Below are positions 37,475-46,389 of a stretch of 64,000 nt of DNA, piece after piece. The notes beneath the pieces are model-generated. The model had not been told where the DNA came from. It ran no database searches and was given only the letters and a program-made list of their open reading frames with translations. Position 1 is the first letter of the stretch. Each line of letters opens with the position of its first letter. This DNA comes from Acidobacteriota bacterium (GTDB lineage Bacteria > Acidobacteriota > UBA6911 > RPQK01 > JAJDTT01). The translations under genes were made by a program, and so were the position numbers. The DNA is taken from NCBI GenBank assembly GCA_965217775.1, contig CBDCJH010000002.1, forward strand, positions 1,408,001 through 1,472,000, read 5' to 3'.

Positions 37475-37773
37475 AGTTCCTCCCTTGTAGAACGATGCCT
37501 TCGGCGTACCCCGATGCGAGACTGCCGGGAAACCCGTCGGCGATCGCTCGGGATTTTCCGAGCGTCATATAGGAACTAACGAGCAAGCAGAAAAATGCGT
37601 GAGAGAAGTTTCGACAGTGGCTTTCCAGATACCCGATACCGGAGATGGAATGGTAAGTGGGGAATGGGGGACAAGACTGTCCCCCCTCCAGTCGCCCTCT
37701 CCAAAAGACGAGAGAGCACCCACGAGGAGCGCGCCTGCAAATTTCTATGAAATCCGCGGGAGTTTCGGAACGG

Positions 37774-39036
37774 CTATACGGCCACGGCCTCCAGGTTGCC
37801 GTGCCCGTCGAAGGCCATGGCGTCGGGCCCCGAGAGCACTTCCAAATCGGAGCGTTCCTGGACCTCGGGGGTGTACTTTTCGCTGACCAGGACCTCGCCC
37901 AGCTTCAACGTGTTGGCAATCTGGATGATCCCCGAATCGGCCGGGTCGACCAGGCCCACGGTCTCCAGGATGGCGAGCATGGCTTCCTGATCCGTATCGA
38001 AGGCGATGGGAACCGCGGCGGCGGACGGGTGTCCTCCGGTGAGAGCGTTGATCCGGGTCGCCACCAGATTCGCCTGGTCCACGGTCCTCTGGTTGGTCAC
38101 CTCGGCCATGCCGATGCCGCAGGCGTTGCCATGGGTCTCCGGAGTCAGCCCCCGTATGAAGATGCGCTTGCAATTGACCGTATCGTCTTCCGTGGCTCCG
38201 TGGTCGTTGAACTTGCGCCCCACGACGTTGGTGTCCATGCCGGAGCCGGAGATGTTCTTGCCGATCTGGTCGATCACCAGAAGATCCACTTCGGGGAAGG
38301 GAAGACGGGGCATCCACTGCTGGGCCAGCTTGAGAAGCTCCTTTTCCCGTTCGAAGAATCGATCCGGGGCAACCGCCTCGATGAGAGCTGTCTCATCGTA
38401 GGCGTTCTCCACGATGGCCAGTCCAGCAGCGACGCGGCACTTGGCCAGGATGACGTCGGCGACGGCCAGGATGATCTCCAGAAAGCTGAAGTCCTTGATG
38501 GCCCGATGGTAGATCTTGGCGCCCCGGTGTTTGCCCAGGCCGATGAGCATCATCTTGTGAAGCCCCGACTCGATGGGACCCACGAACCCGGTATGGGGCT
38601 TGACCCGGCCGCAGACGATGACGTGGTCGGCCTCGTAGGCATGGCGGTCGAAATGGACGGGAATGCCCTGGGGAGTCGTGTCCACGATGACCGTCTCCAT
38701 GGAGGAGCGGATCGGGGCTCCGGTGTATTCCTCGGTGACACCGTAGCTGTGAAGAATCTCCTGTTGTCCTTCGGCGGTGCCGCCGCCATGACTGCCCATG
38801 GCCGGAACCACGAACGGTTCTGCTCCGATCTCCTTGAGCTGCCGGGTAGCCGCCTTGACGATAGAGGCGATATTGGCGATACCGCGGCTGCCGGCCGTGA
38901 TGGCCACGCTTTCCCCGGGACGAATCTTGTTCCCGAGTTCAAGTGCGGCCAACTGTGAGCAGGTCTCATGCTCCACGTCGGCGAGCTCCGGCCCTTCGAA
39001 CTTCTGACTCAAACGCAACATTCTGGGAAACGACAT
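37774..39036 (-). CDS. Lactate racemase (LarA)-domain protein
   Basis: AITAGSRGI, VPAMGSHGGGTAEGQ, RVKPHT, ESGLHKMMLIGLGK, GKNISGSGMDTNV motifs. Confidence 0.8.
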   Translation of the reverse strand: MSFPRMLRLSQKFEGPELADVEHETCSQLAALELGNKIRPGESVAITAGSRGIANIASIVKAATRQLKEIGAEPFVVPAMGSHGGGTAEGQQEILHSYGVTEEYTGAPIRSSMETVIVDTTPQGIPVHFDRHAYEADHVIVCGRVKPHTGFVGPIESGLHKMMLIGLGKHRGAKIYHRAIKDFSFLEIILAVADVILAKCRVAAGLAIVENAYDETALIEAVAPDRFFEREKELLKLAQQWMPRLPFPEVDLLVIDQIGKNISGSGMDTNVVGRKFNDHGATEDDTVNCKRIFIRGLTPETHGNACGIGMAEVTNQRTVDQANLVATRINALTGGHPSAAAVPIAFDTDQEAMLAILETVGLVDPADSGIIQIANTLKLGEVLVSEKYTPEVQERSDLEVLSGPDAMAFDGHGNLEAVAV

Positions 39037-39131
39037 CTGGAACTCCCTTCAGGCCGTCCGCGCCGTCCATGGATCGGAAACTGAACTTCCACCTGATATA
39101 TCACTCCCGGGGCCAATTTCAAACCATCAGG

Positions 39132-40706
39132 CTAACGAACGAACTGGAAGGCGTAGAGCTTGGAGTTTCTGAATTTGATGTGCAGCCGGACTTCCCGGCC
39201 GGCCAAGCCCGACACGTCCGTCCGTCCCTTCCACGAAACCGGGAAAGCGACGTCGTTCCCGTTCATGGGGTCGGCGTCCTCCAATGCGAACCCTGGAATT
39301 GGCCGGCCCTGAGGGTCCCGGATCTCCACCAGCGCTTCGCCACCCGCGCTCGTATCCAGGTTCAACTCCAGCTTGCTGCCGCCAAAGCGGATGAGGGGAG
39401 TCGAGAGCCAACCTCCCCGGTAGCCGGCGTCCGCAGAGACGAACCCGTCGAGGCGGAGGATGGCTCGGGAGACGGCCGACCGGTGCCCGCCGGGATCGGG
39501 GTCGACGCGGTCGGCGTGGTCCCAGTTGGTCCCCACGTAGTAGATCCAGATCTCGTTGCCCATGCGGATGGGCCGCGGCATTCCCCACACCCACTTGGAT
39601 CCGAAGCTGCCGGCGTGACCCAGGCGCAGAAACGACTGGCGCTCCCCCAAGCGTTGGAAATTCCGGCCGTCGCGGCTCACCGCCAGTTGGACGTCCGCCG
39701 TTGTGGGATGGAGATGCCGGTAGTGATAGTAGATGGGAATCATGGCGAAGTAGGCATCCTGGGCCTCCGCGTAGCGAAAGACACCCGTCCCGTAAAAGTC
39801 CAACGACAGAGGACCGACGACGGTGTAGCCGGGTCCGAAAACGGTCTCGACCTGCTGGGCCTTCTCGGAGGCGCGCGACTGTTGGCGCCGGGGCAGGAAA
39901 TCGACCAGGGGCGCCAAGTCCCGGGCATCGGGCAAGAGGACGATTTCGAAGTTCTCCCAGTGGGTCATGTCGTCCGACTCGTTGTACCCGATCATCCGGG
40001 GATGGACTTCCCGGCTGTAGCCCCGATAGCGTCCGATGGTGGGGTCCCAAAACCAGGTGGGCTGCGTATCGGCAGCCCGCAGTCCCGTGGGGAGCGTCTC
40101 CTCCAGATGCCATCGAAGCCCGTCCGCCGAGTACCAGAAGGCGTTCCCCCCCTTGCGCGTTCCCGGAATGGTGTAGAGCTTGGACCAGGACCGGTACCGT
40201 TTTTCGGCCGGCGTGCCGGGATTGTCGTCCCTGCCGACCGACCCACCGCCCACGGTCATCACCGAAAGGTCGGTGGGCATGACCAGGTTGTTCTCCCGGG
40301 ATCCGTCCTTCTCCACCAGACCCAACACCGGCTTCCTGAACCGGATGCCGTCGGTCGACTCGGCGTAGCAGAGGGCACGGAAACCCTGGCGGGGCCGGCC
40401 TGCACCCGTATACAGATCGTACCAGAGGCGAATCCGGACGCCCTCCGGCCCTTCTTCCTTCATCACGCTGCAATAGACGTGGATCTTCGCACCCTCTTCC
40501 CACGGCTGGTCCACCACGACCAGAGGTTCACCCGTCTGGTAAGGGGGATTCATGCGGAGGGTGATTCCGTCGCTGGATTCGATGAAGCGATGGTCGACGA
40601 AGAGTTGCTTCTGGTCTCCGACCTCCAACGCCTGACCCGCCAGGGGTGGGACAAGAGATCCGGCCAAGAGGAGCAGGCCGTTGAGAACGGCGATAGGGTT
40701 AGTCAT
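39132..40706 (-). CDS. Secreted beta-propeller glycoside-hydrolase-like protein (paralog 2)
   Basis: Signal peptide; QLFVDHRFI, ESTDGIRFRKP, SRDGRNF, LRLDGFVS, LYAFQF. Confidence 0.7.
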   Translation of the reverse strand: MTNPIAVLNGLLLLAGSLVPPLAGQALEVGDQKQLFVDHRFIESSDGITLRMNPPYQTGEPLVVVDQPWEEGAKIHVYCSVMKEEGPEGVRIRLWYDLYTGAGRPRQGFRALCYAESTDGIRFRKPVLGLVEKDGSRENNLVMPTDLSVMTVGGGSVGRDDNPGTPAEKRYRSWSKLYTIPGTRKGGNAFWYSADGLRWHLEETLPTGLRAADTQPTWFWDPTIGRYRGYSREVHPRMIGYNESDDMTHWENFEIVLLPDARDLAPLVDFLPRRQQSRASEKAQQVETVFGPGYTVVGPLSLDFYGTGVFRYAEAQDAYFAMIPIYYHYRHLHPTTADVQLAVSRDGRNFQRLGERQSFLRLGHAGSFGSKWVWGMPRPIRMGNEIWIYYVGTNWDHADRVDPDPGGHRSAVSRAILRLDGFVSADAGYRGGWLSTPLIRFGGSKLELNLDTSAGGEALVEIRDPQGRPIPGFALEDADPMNGNDVAFPVSWKGRTDVSGLAGREVRLHIKFRNSKLYAFQFVR

Positions 40707-40769
40707 AGTACAGCTCTCGGTAGCGGAGAAACGCAGCCTCGACAATAAGGGGAATAAGGAAAACATGGA

Positions 40770-41084
40770 ATGATCGCTCTTCTGGTCACGATCCGGATTC
40801 AGCCTCCCCATCGGGAGGCTTTCATGGAGGCCATGCTAGACGATGCCAGCCACTCGGTCCAGGATGAGCCCGGCTGCCTGAGATTCGACGTGCTGGAGGA
40901 TGTGGACGACCCGAACCGGATCTTTCTCTACGAAGTCTATCGGGACGAGGAGGCACTGGAAGCCCATCGCCAAGCGCCCCATTTCCTGCGCTGGAAACAC
41001 ACGACTCGCAACTGGTTCGACGGTGAGCTGGTAGTGGAACAGGCCACGCCGGTGTATCCGGCTGCCGAGGACTGGGACGGTTGA
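40770..41084 (+). CDS. ABM-domain putative quinol monooxygenase (LsrG/YgiN-like)
   Basis: EPGCLRFDV, LYEVY, AHRQAPHF motifs. Confidence 0.85.
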   Translation: MIALLVTIRIQPPHREAFMEAMLDDASHSVQDEPGCLRFDVLEDVDDPNRIFLYEVYRDEEALEAHRQAPHFLRWKHTTRNWFDGELVVEQATPVYPAAEDWDG

Positions 41085-41125
41085 CCACTACTTGGAGGAC
41101 ATCGTTCCCGAGCGGCCGGCGCGGC

Positions 41126-42328
41126 TCAACCGAGGAACCGTTCCAGCCGGTCCAAGCCCTTCTGAATCACCTCCATGCCGGTGGCGAAGCTGAGCCGCAC
41201 ACAGTTGTCCAGGCCGAAAGCAGCACCGGGTACAACAGCGAGATGGGCTTCCCCCAGAAGCCGCGTGGTCCATTCGACCGAACCCGAAACCCCCAAGCGG
41301 GAGTACGTCGCCGAGACATCGGGAAACACATAGAAAGCACCGGCAGGTTCGGGACAGACCACGCCAGGAATGGCGTTGAGCCGGCCGTGCAGGACCTTGG
41401 CGCGCCGGGCGAACTCGGAACGCATCTCTTCGACGCAGTCCTGACTTCCGGTGAGAGCCGCAGCCATGGCATGCATGGTGAACGTCGCGGCGCCGCTGGT
41501 GGTCTGGGACTGGAGCTTCCCCATGTTGCGGATCACGTCCTGGGGACCTGCCACGTAGCCAATGCGCCATCCGGTCATGGAATAGCTCTTGGACATCGAG
41601 TTGAAGGTCAGGGTCCGTTCATAGGCGTGAGAGGACGTCGCGGCGAAGCTCTTGTAGGTCCGGCCGCCGTATAGAAGCCGATCGTAGATCTCGTCGCTGA
41701 TGATTGCCACGTCATCCCGTTCGGCCAGAACCTCGGCCAACGCGTCTGTCTCCTCGGGAGAGTAGACGGTCCCGCTGGGATTGCTCGGAGAGTTGAAGAT
41801 GAACGCCGCGGTTCGAGGCGTCAGCGCCTCCCGGAGCTGCTGCGGGGTGATCTTGAAATCGGCATCGACGGTCGCGCTCACGAACACGGGCACCCCGCCG
41901 GCGATCTTCACCTGTTCCGGATACGAAACCCAGTAGGGCGCGGGGATGATGACCTCGTCTCCAGGGTCCAGGAGGGTGGCGAAGGCGAGCCAGAGACCCT
42001 CCTTGCCGCCGACGGTGACCAGAATCTGGGAGGGAGAATACTTCAGCGAGTTCTCACGGCGAAGCTTCTCGGCGGCGGCGGCCTTGGCCTCGGGAACTCC
42101 CGACGCGGGTTTGGCGTACTTGGTTTCTCCCGCCTCGATGCAATCCAGAGCATGTTTTCGAATGTGAGCCGGCGTCGGAAAATCGGGTTCTCCCGCCCCC
42201 AGGCTCACCACGTCGACGCCGGCTCGCCGCAACTCGGCCGCCCGGTTGCTGACGGCGATGGTCGCCGACTCCTGAAGCTGCATGAGCCGCTGTGAAATCT
42301 TCAATCCCGTTTGCTCTTGAACACTCAT
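41126..42328 (-). CDS. PLP-dependent class I/II (aspartate) aminotransferase
   Basis: GEPDFPTP, PYWVSY, NSPSNPSG, SDEIY, SKSYSMTGWRIG (PLP lysine). Confidence 0.93.
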   Translation of the reverse strand: MSVQEQTGLKISQRLMQLQESATIAVSNRAAELRRAGVDVVSLGAGEPDFPTPAHIRKHALDCIEAGETKYAKPASGVPEAKAAAAEKLRRENSLKYSPSQILVTVGGKEGLWLAFATLLDPGDEVIIPAPYWVSYPEQVKIAGGVPVFVSATVDADFKITPQQLREALTPRTAAFIFNSPSNPSGTVYSPEETDALAEVLAERDDVAIISDEIYDRLLYGGRTYKSFAATSSHAYERTLTFNSMSKSYSMTGWRIGYVAGPQDVIRNMGKLQSQTTSGAATFTMHAMAAALTGSQDCVEEMRSEFARRAKVLHGRLNAIPGVVCPEPAGAFYVFPDVSATYSRLGVSGSVEWTTRLLGEAHLAVVPGAAFGLDNCVRLSFATGMEVIQKGLDRLERFLG

Positions 42329-42459
42329 GGCCGGGAGTTTAGTCGGGGGGTCAGACACTGTCAATCGGACAGCCTGGACCATAATCGAGTCGGAAGCCGT
42401 TGACCCTCAAGGGGGCTTCTGTAAGGCTTCTAGGAGATGAAGACGACGGGGATTGGTGT

Positions 42460-43809
42460 ATGAAACCGTTGGCGGCGGCGTTGCTTCTGCTGGTGGGCCT
42501 TGCGACCGGTTGGGCCGTCGCCACTTGGGACTCGACGCCTCCCGAAGTTCTATGGATCGATCCGCCCGAGATAGTCGGACCCAAGACCGAGTTCCAGGTG
42601 GAGATCAGAGACAAAGGCCGGGGACTCAAGTCCCTGCGGCTCCTGCTGCGCCAGCAGCGAGGAGAACGGGTGGTGCACGAAGAGAGCTTCGACGAGGCCG
42701 GATTTCTCTGGACGGACGGGACTCTCCAGCGCCGGCTGGAGCTACTACCGTCAGAACTGGCCCCGCCTGACGAACTGGCGGAGGGCCAGTTCACACTGGA
42801 GATACAGGTTCAGGACCACGCGAGTCTGGGACTCTGGTCACGGGAAACAGTCGAGGAGCAGACCTTCCGGCTGGACCGCACCCCTCCTCGAATCGAAGTT
42901 CTCTCCAACCAGCACTATATCCGGCAGGGTGGATCCGCCGCCGTCCGATACAGATTGTCCGAACCGGTCCATTCCAGCGGAATCCAAGTGGGGGACCGGA
43001 TCTACGCGGGGTACCCCGTCCCCTCCAAAGAAGAAGGCGTCTACATCTGTCTTTTCGCCCTGGGACACGATCAGAACAGAGATACCCCCATGACGGTATG
43101 GGCCCAGGACGCAGCCGGTAACCGAGGCCGAGAAAACTTTTGGAAAAAAGTATTTCCGGGACGTTTCCGAACGCGAAACATCAATATACCGGACCGCTTC
43201 ATAGAGCGGGTTCTGCCCCCCATCGTGGAGCGCAGCGACCAGGTCCGCGCAACCTCCGATCCACTGGAGACGTTCCTCGAAGTGAACGGATCCTTGCGCC
43301 GGGTCAACAACCGGCAGATTGCCGAAATGGCGGCCCAGACCGCCGCGACTCCCCTCTGGACCGAGGAGTTTCTGCAGTTGAGCAATTCCCAAGTTGAGTC
43401 CTCCTTCGCCGATTTCCGCACCTACCTTTACCGGGGGAAGAAGGTCGATGAGCAGACCCATCTGGGATTCGACCTCGCTTCACTGGCCCAGGCCCCCGTG
43501 GAGTGTTCCAACGACGGTGTCGTCATCTTTGCCGATTATCTGGGGATCTACGGCAACACCGTGGTCGTGGATCACGGACTTGGCCTCCAGTCGCTGTATG
43601 CTCACCTGAGCCGCTTCGACGTGAAGGTGGGAGAAGAAGTCCGGAAAGGGCAATCACTGGGGCGCACCGGTCAGACCGGCTTGGCAGGTGGAGACCACCT
43701 GCACTTCACCATGGTCCTCCACGGCACCCAGGTCAACCCCATCGAGTGGTGGGACCCCGCCTGGGTCCGAAAACGAGTCCTATCGAGGTTGGAAACTCCG
43801 GGGGAATGA
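42460..43809 (+). CDS. M23 family metallopeptidase
   Basis: Signal/TM segment, HLGFD, YGNTVVVDHG, YAHL, HLHF motifs. Confidence 0.9.
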   Translation: MKPLAAALLLLVGLATGWAVATWDSTPPEVLWIDPPEIVGPKTEFQVEIRDKGRGLKSLRLLLRQQRGERVVHEESFDEAGFLWTDGTLQRRLELLPSELAPPDELAEGQFTLEIQVQDHASLGLWSRETVEEQTFRLDRTPPRIEVLSNQHYIRQGGSAAVRYRLSEPVHSSGIQVGDRIYAGYPVPSKEEGVYICLFALGHDQNRDTPMTVWAQDAAGNRGRENFWKKVFPGRFRTRNINIPDRFIERVLPPIVERSDQVRATSDPLETFLEVNGSLRRVNNRQIAEMAAQTAATPLWTEEFLQLSNSQVESSFADFRTYLYRGKKVDEQTHLGFDLASLAQAPVECSNDGVVIFADYLGIYGNTVVVDHGLGLQSLYAHLSRFDVKVGEEVRKGQSLGRTGQTGLAGGDHLHFTMVLHGTQVNPIEWWDPAWVRKRVLSRLETPGE

Positions 43810-43813
43810 GACA

Positions 43814-43979
43814 GGAGGGGCGATTTCCAATCGCCCACCGGGAGGGGCGATTTCCAGTCGCCCTGTCTTCCCGGGATCGGTGAATGATAGTTGTCCGCTT
43901 CTTAGTCGGCGGAAGAAAAGCGCAAAGTGGGACTCCGTCCCCCCTTGCCCCCCAATCGGCGATTGGAAATCGCCGCTCC
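43814..43979. repeat. GGAG-type REP cluster (two direct copies and one inverted copy)
   Basis: GGAGGGGCGATTTCCA(A/G)TCGCCC at 43814 and 43841, and GGCGATTGGAAATCGCCGCTCC at 43958; lies between convergent genes. Confidence 0.8.
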
Positions 43980-43985
43980 GCTCTC

Positions 43986-44924
43986 CTACTCGGCGTAAAC
44001 CGGGTGGCTCAGATAGCGTTCGCCCAGGTCGCAGACCATGGTGACGACCCGGGCGCCTTTCCCCAGCCTACGCGCGATCTGGAGCGCGGCCCAGCAGTTG
44101 GACCCGGATGAGATGCCCGCGAAGATGCCTTCTTTCCGAGCCAGATTCCGGGTGACCCGGCGGGCGTCCTCTACCTGGACGTGGACGATCTCGTCGATGA
44201 CGCTGCGATTCAGGACCGATGGGACGAAACCCGCTCCGATCCCCTGAATCTCGTGGGGCCCCGGCTCTCCTCCCGCCAGCACCGGCGACTCGGCTGGTTC
44301 AACGGCAACGATCAGGACGTCTCCCAATTCCTGTTTCAGGATCTCACCCACACCGGTGATGGTGCCCCCCGTTCCTACGCCGGCCACGAACGCATCCAAT
44401 CGTCCGTCCGTTGCCTCCAGGATCTCCAGGGCCGTGGTCTGACGGTGAACCCGGGGATTGGCCGGATTGTTGAACTGCTGCGGCATGTAGGCGTCGGGAA
44501 GCCGATTCACCAGTTCTTCCGCCTTGTCGATGGCGGCGGTCATTCCGCGGATCTCGGGGGTCAGGACCAGTTCCGCGCCCATGGCCTGAAGGACGCGCCT
44601 GCGTTCCATGGACATGGTATCGGGCATGGTCAGGATCAGGCGGTACCCCATGACGGCCGCCGCCATGGCCAGACCGATGCCGGTGTTCCCGCTGGTGGGC
44701 TCGACGATGACCGTCTTTCCCGGGTGGATCCTGCCCTCGTCCTGCGCCTGTTTCAGCATGGCGTAGGCGATCCTGTCCTTGACGCTGAAGGAGGGGTTCA
44801 GGGACTCCAACTTCAGCAGGACCTCGGCCGATCCGGGACGGGTCAGGCGCTGAACCCGGACCAACGGCGTGTTGCCGATCAGCTCCAGGATGTTGTTTGC
44901 CAGTAGAGGGCGATGGTGGGGCAT
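43986..44924 (-). CDS. cysK: Cysteine synthase A
   Basis: IGNTPLV, SVKDRIA, EPTSGNTGIGLA, QQFNNPAN, GVGTGGT motifs. Confidence 0.95.
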   Translation of the reverse strand: MPHHRPLLANNILELIGNTPLVRVQRLTRPGSAEVLLKLESLNPSFSVKDRIAYAMLKQAQDEGRIHPGKTVIVEPTSGNTGIGLAMAAAVMGYRLILTMPDTMSMERRRVLQAMGAELVLTPEIRGMTAAIDKAEELVNRLPDAYMPQQFNNPANPRVHRQTTALEILEATDGRLDAFVAGVGTGGTITGVGEILKQELGDVLIVAVEPAESPVLAGGEPGPHEIQGIGAGFVPSVLNRSVIDEIVHVQVEDARRVTRNLARKEGIFAGISSGSNCWAALQIARRLGKGARVVTMVCDLGERYLSHPVYAE

Positions 44925-44963
44925 GGGCAAAGTTGGATGACGGCCAACCGGACAGCCCCGACG

Positions 44964-46385
44964 TCAGGCCAGGATTTCGTGGACTACGCGGCCGTGGACG
45001 TCGGTCAGACTCTCGTCGCGGCCCCCGAAACGATAGACCAGGCGCTCATGGTCCAGCCCCAGCAGATGCAGGATGGTGGCGTGCAGGTCGTGGACGGTGG
45101 TCTTGTTCTCCACCACGGTCTTGCCGATCTCGTCGGTCCGGCCGTACAGCGTCCCGCCCTTGACTCCCCCTCCGGCCATCCAGATGGTGAACGCCGTCTC
45201 CAGATGGTCGCGCCCGTCTCCGTTTCCGGTGTCCGGCGTGCGGCCGAACTCGGTGCCCCAGATGACCAGCGTCTCTTCCAGCATTCCTCTGGACTTGAGG
45301 TCCTTGATCAGGGCGGCCACCGCCTGATCCGCCACCAGGGCGTTCCCCTCGTGTCCCTTCTTCAGGATCGTGTGCTGGTCCCAGGTGCCGTTCGTGGCTC
45401 CGAACAGGACGGGTGGAGTCACCTCGACGAATCGGACGCCGGACTCGATCAGGCGCCGCGCCCGCAGGCATTGCAGTGCATAGTTCCGCTGGTCCTTATT
45501 GGACGTGTCCAGCCCGTAGAGCCGCTTGGTGGCTTCGGTCTCGCGAGACAGGTCCAGCACATCGGGGACCAGCGACTGCATCCGGTAGGCCATTTCGTAG
45601 TTGCGGATGGCCGACTCGATGGCGTCGTTTCTTCCGGCTTCGGCCAGAAACTCCCGATCCTGGTCCAGCAGTGCCGACAATTTGGTGTTCTGGATGGCGC
45701 TCTCGTCCGCCGGGACCAGGTTTTCGATCGGCGTCCCCTCCGCCTTCACCGGCAACGCCTGGTGGGTTGCGGGGAGGAAACCATTGGAGAAGTTCTCCAA
45801 TCCTCCCGGCGGGATCGACGTGCTCTCCGGATGGAGCAGGACATACCCGGGCAGGTTCTTGTTCTCGCTTCCCAGGGCGTAGGTGATCCAGGATCCCAGG
45901 CTGGGGTAACCCCCGACGTTGCGGCCCGTGTGGAACAAAATGTTGCCGCGCGGGTGCAGTGGGAAGTTGGAGACCATGGAACGAACGATCGCAAGGTCGT
46001 CCACGCAGGTGGCGATGTGCGGGAAGAGCTCACTGACCGCGAAACCCGCCTGGCCGTATTTCTTGAAGGTCCAGGGACAGCCCTGATAGGTGCGGATCCC
46101 GTCTCCCGAGAGCTGGCCGTGCAACTCGTTGAGCTTGGGTTTGGGATCGAAGGTGTCCATGTGGGAGACGCCGCCCGGCATGAAGCAGAGGATGACGTTC
46201 TTGACCTTGGGTCGAAAATGCGTGGGTGGCGTCGGAACCAGGCCCGCGTAGGCGTCTTCAGCCATGAGGGCGGACAGGGCGGTCAGTCCAAACCCGTTGG
46301 CGCTCAGCGAAAGCATCTGGCGTCGACTGAGCGGAGCGCCGATGCAACCCGGACACCCGTCTTGTTCCTTGATTCGCTGGGTCAT
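44964..46385 (-). CDS. DUF1501 family protein (Tat signal)
   Basis: SRRQML; [48 protein letters not shown]. Confidence 0.9.
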   Translation of the reverse strand: MTQRIKEQDGCPGCIGAPLSRRQMLSLSANGFGLTALSALMAEDAYAGLVPTPPTHFRPKVKNVILCFMPGGVSHMDTFDPKPKLNELHGQLSGDGIRTYQGCPWTFKKYGQAGFAVSELFPHIATCVDDLAIVRSMVSNFPLHPRGNILFHTGRNVGGYPSLGSWITYALGSENKNLPGYVLLHPESTSIPPGGLENFSNGFLPATHQALPVKAEGTPIENLVPADESAIQNTKLSALLDQDREFLAEAGRNDAIESAIRNYEMAYRMQSLVPDVLDLSRETEATKRLYGLDTSNKDQRNYALQCLRARRLIESGVRFVEVTPPVLFGATNGTWDQHTILKKGHEGNALVADQAVAALIKDLKSRGMLEETLVIWGTEFGRTPDTGNGDGRDHLETAFTIWMAGGGVKGGTLYGRTDEIGKTVVENKTTVHDLHATILHLLGLDHERLVYRFGGRDESLTDVHGRVVHEILA

Positions 46386-46389
46386 GACA

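Noticed and set aside
37293-37580. Known riboswitch or hammerhead ribozyme
   Set aside because: The conserved cores (CUGAUGA/GAAA, c-di-GMP, cobalamin box) were not found by eye; kept only as an unassigned structure.
38943-40748. Long antisense ORFs (e.g. 601 aa here; also 46264-48165, 17247-18626, 21461-22891)
   Set aside because: Shadow frames of well-supported opposite-strand genes in GC-rich DNA; no motifs.
43814-43979. Possible mini CRISPR array
   Set aside because: Only two direct copies 4 bp apart plus an inverted copy, with no spacers and no cas genes; it fits REP.
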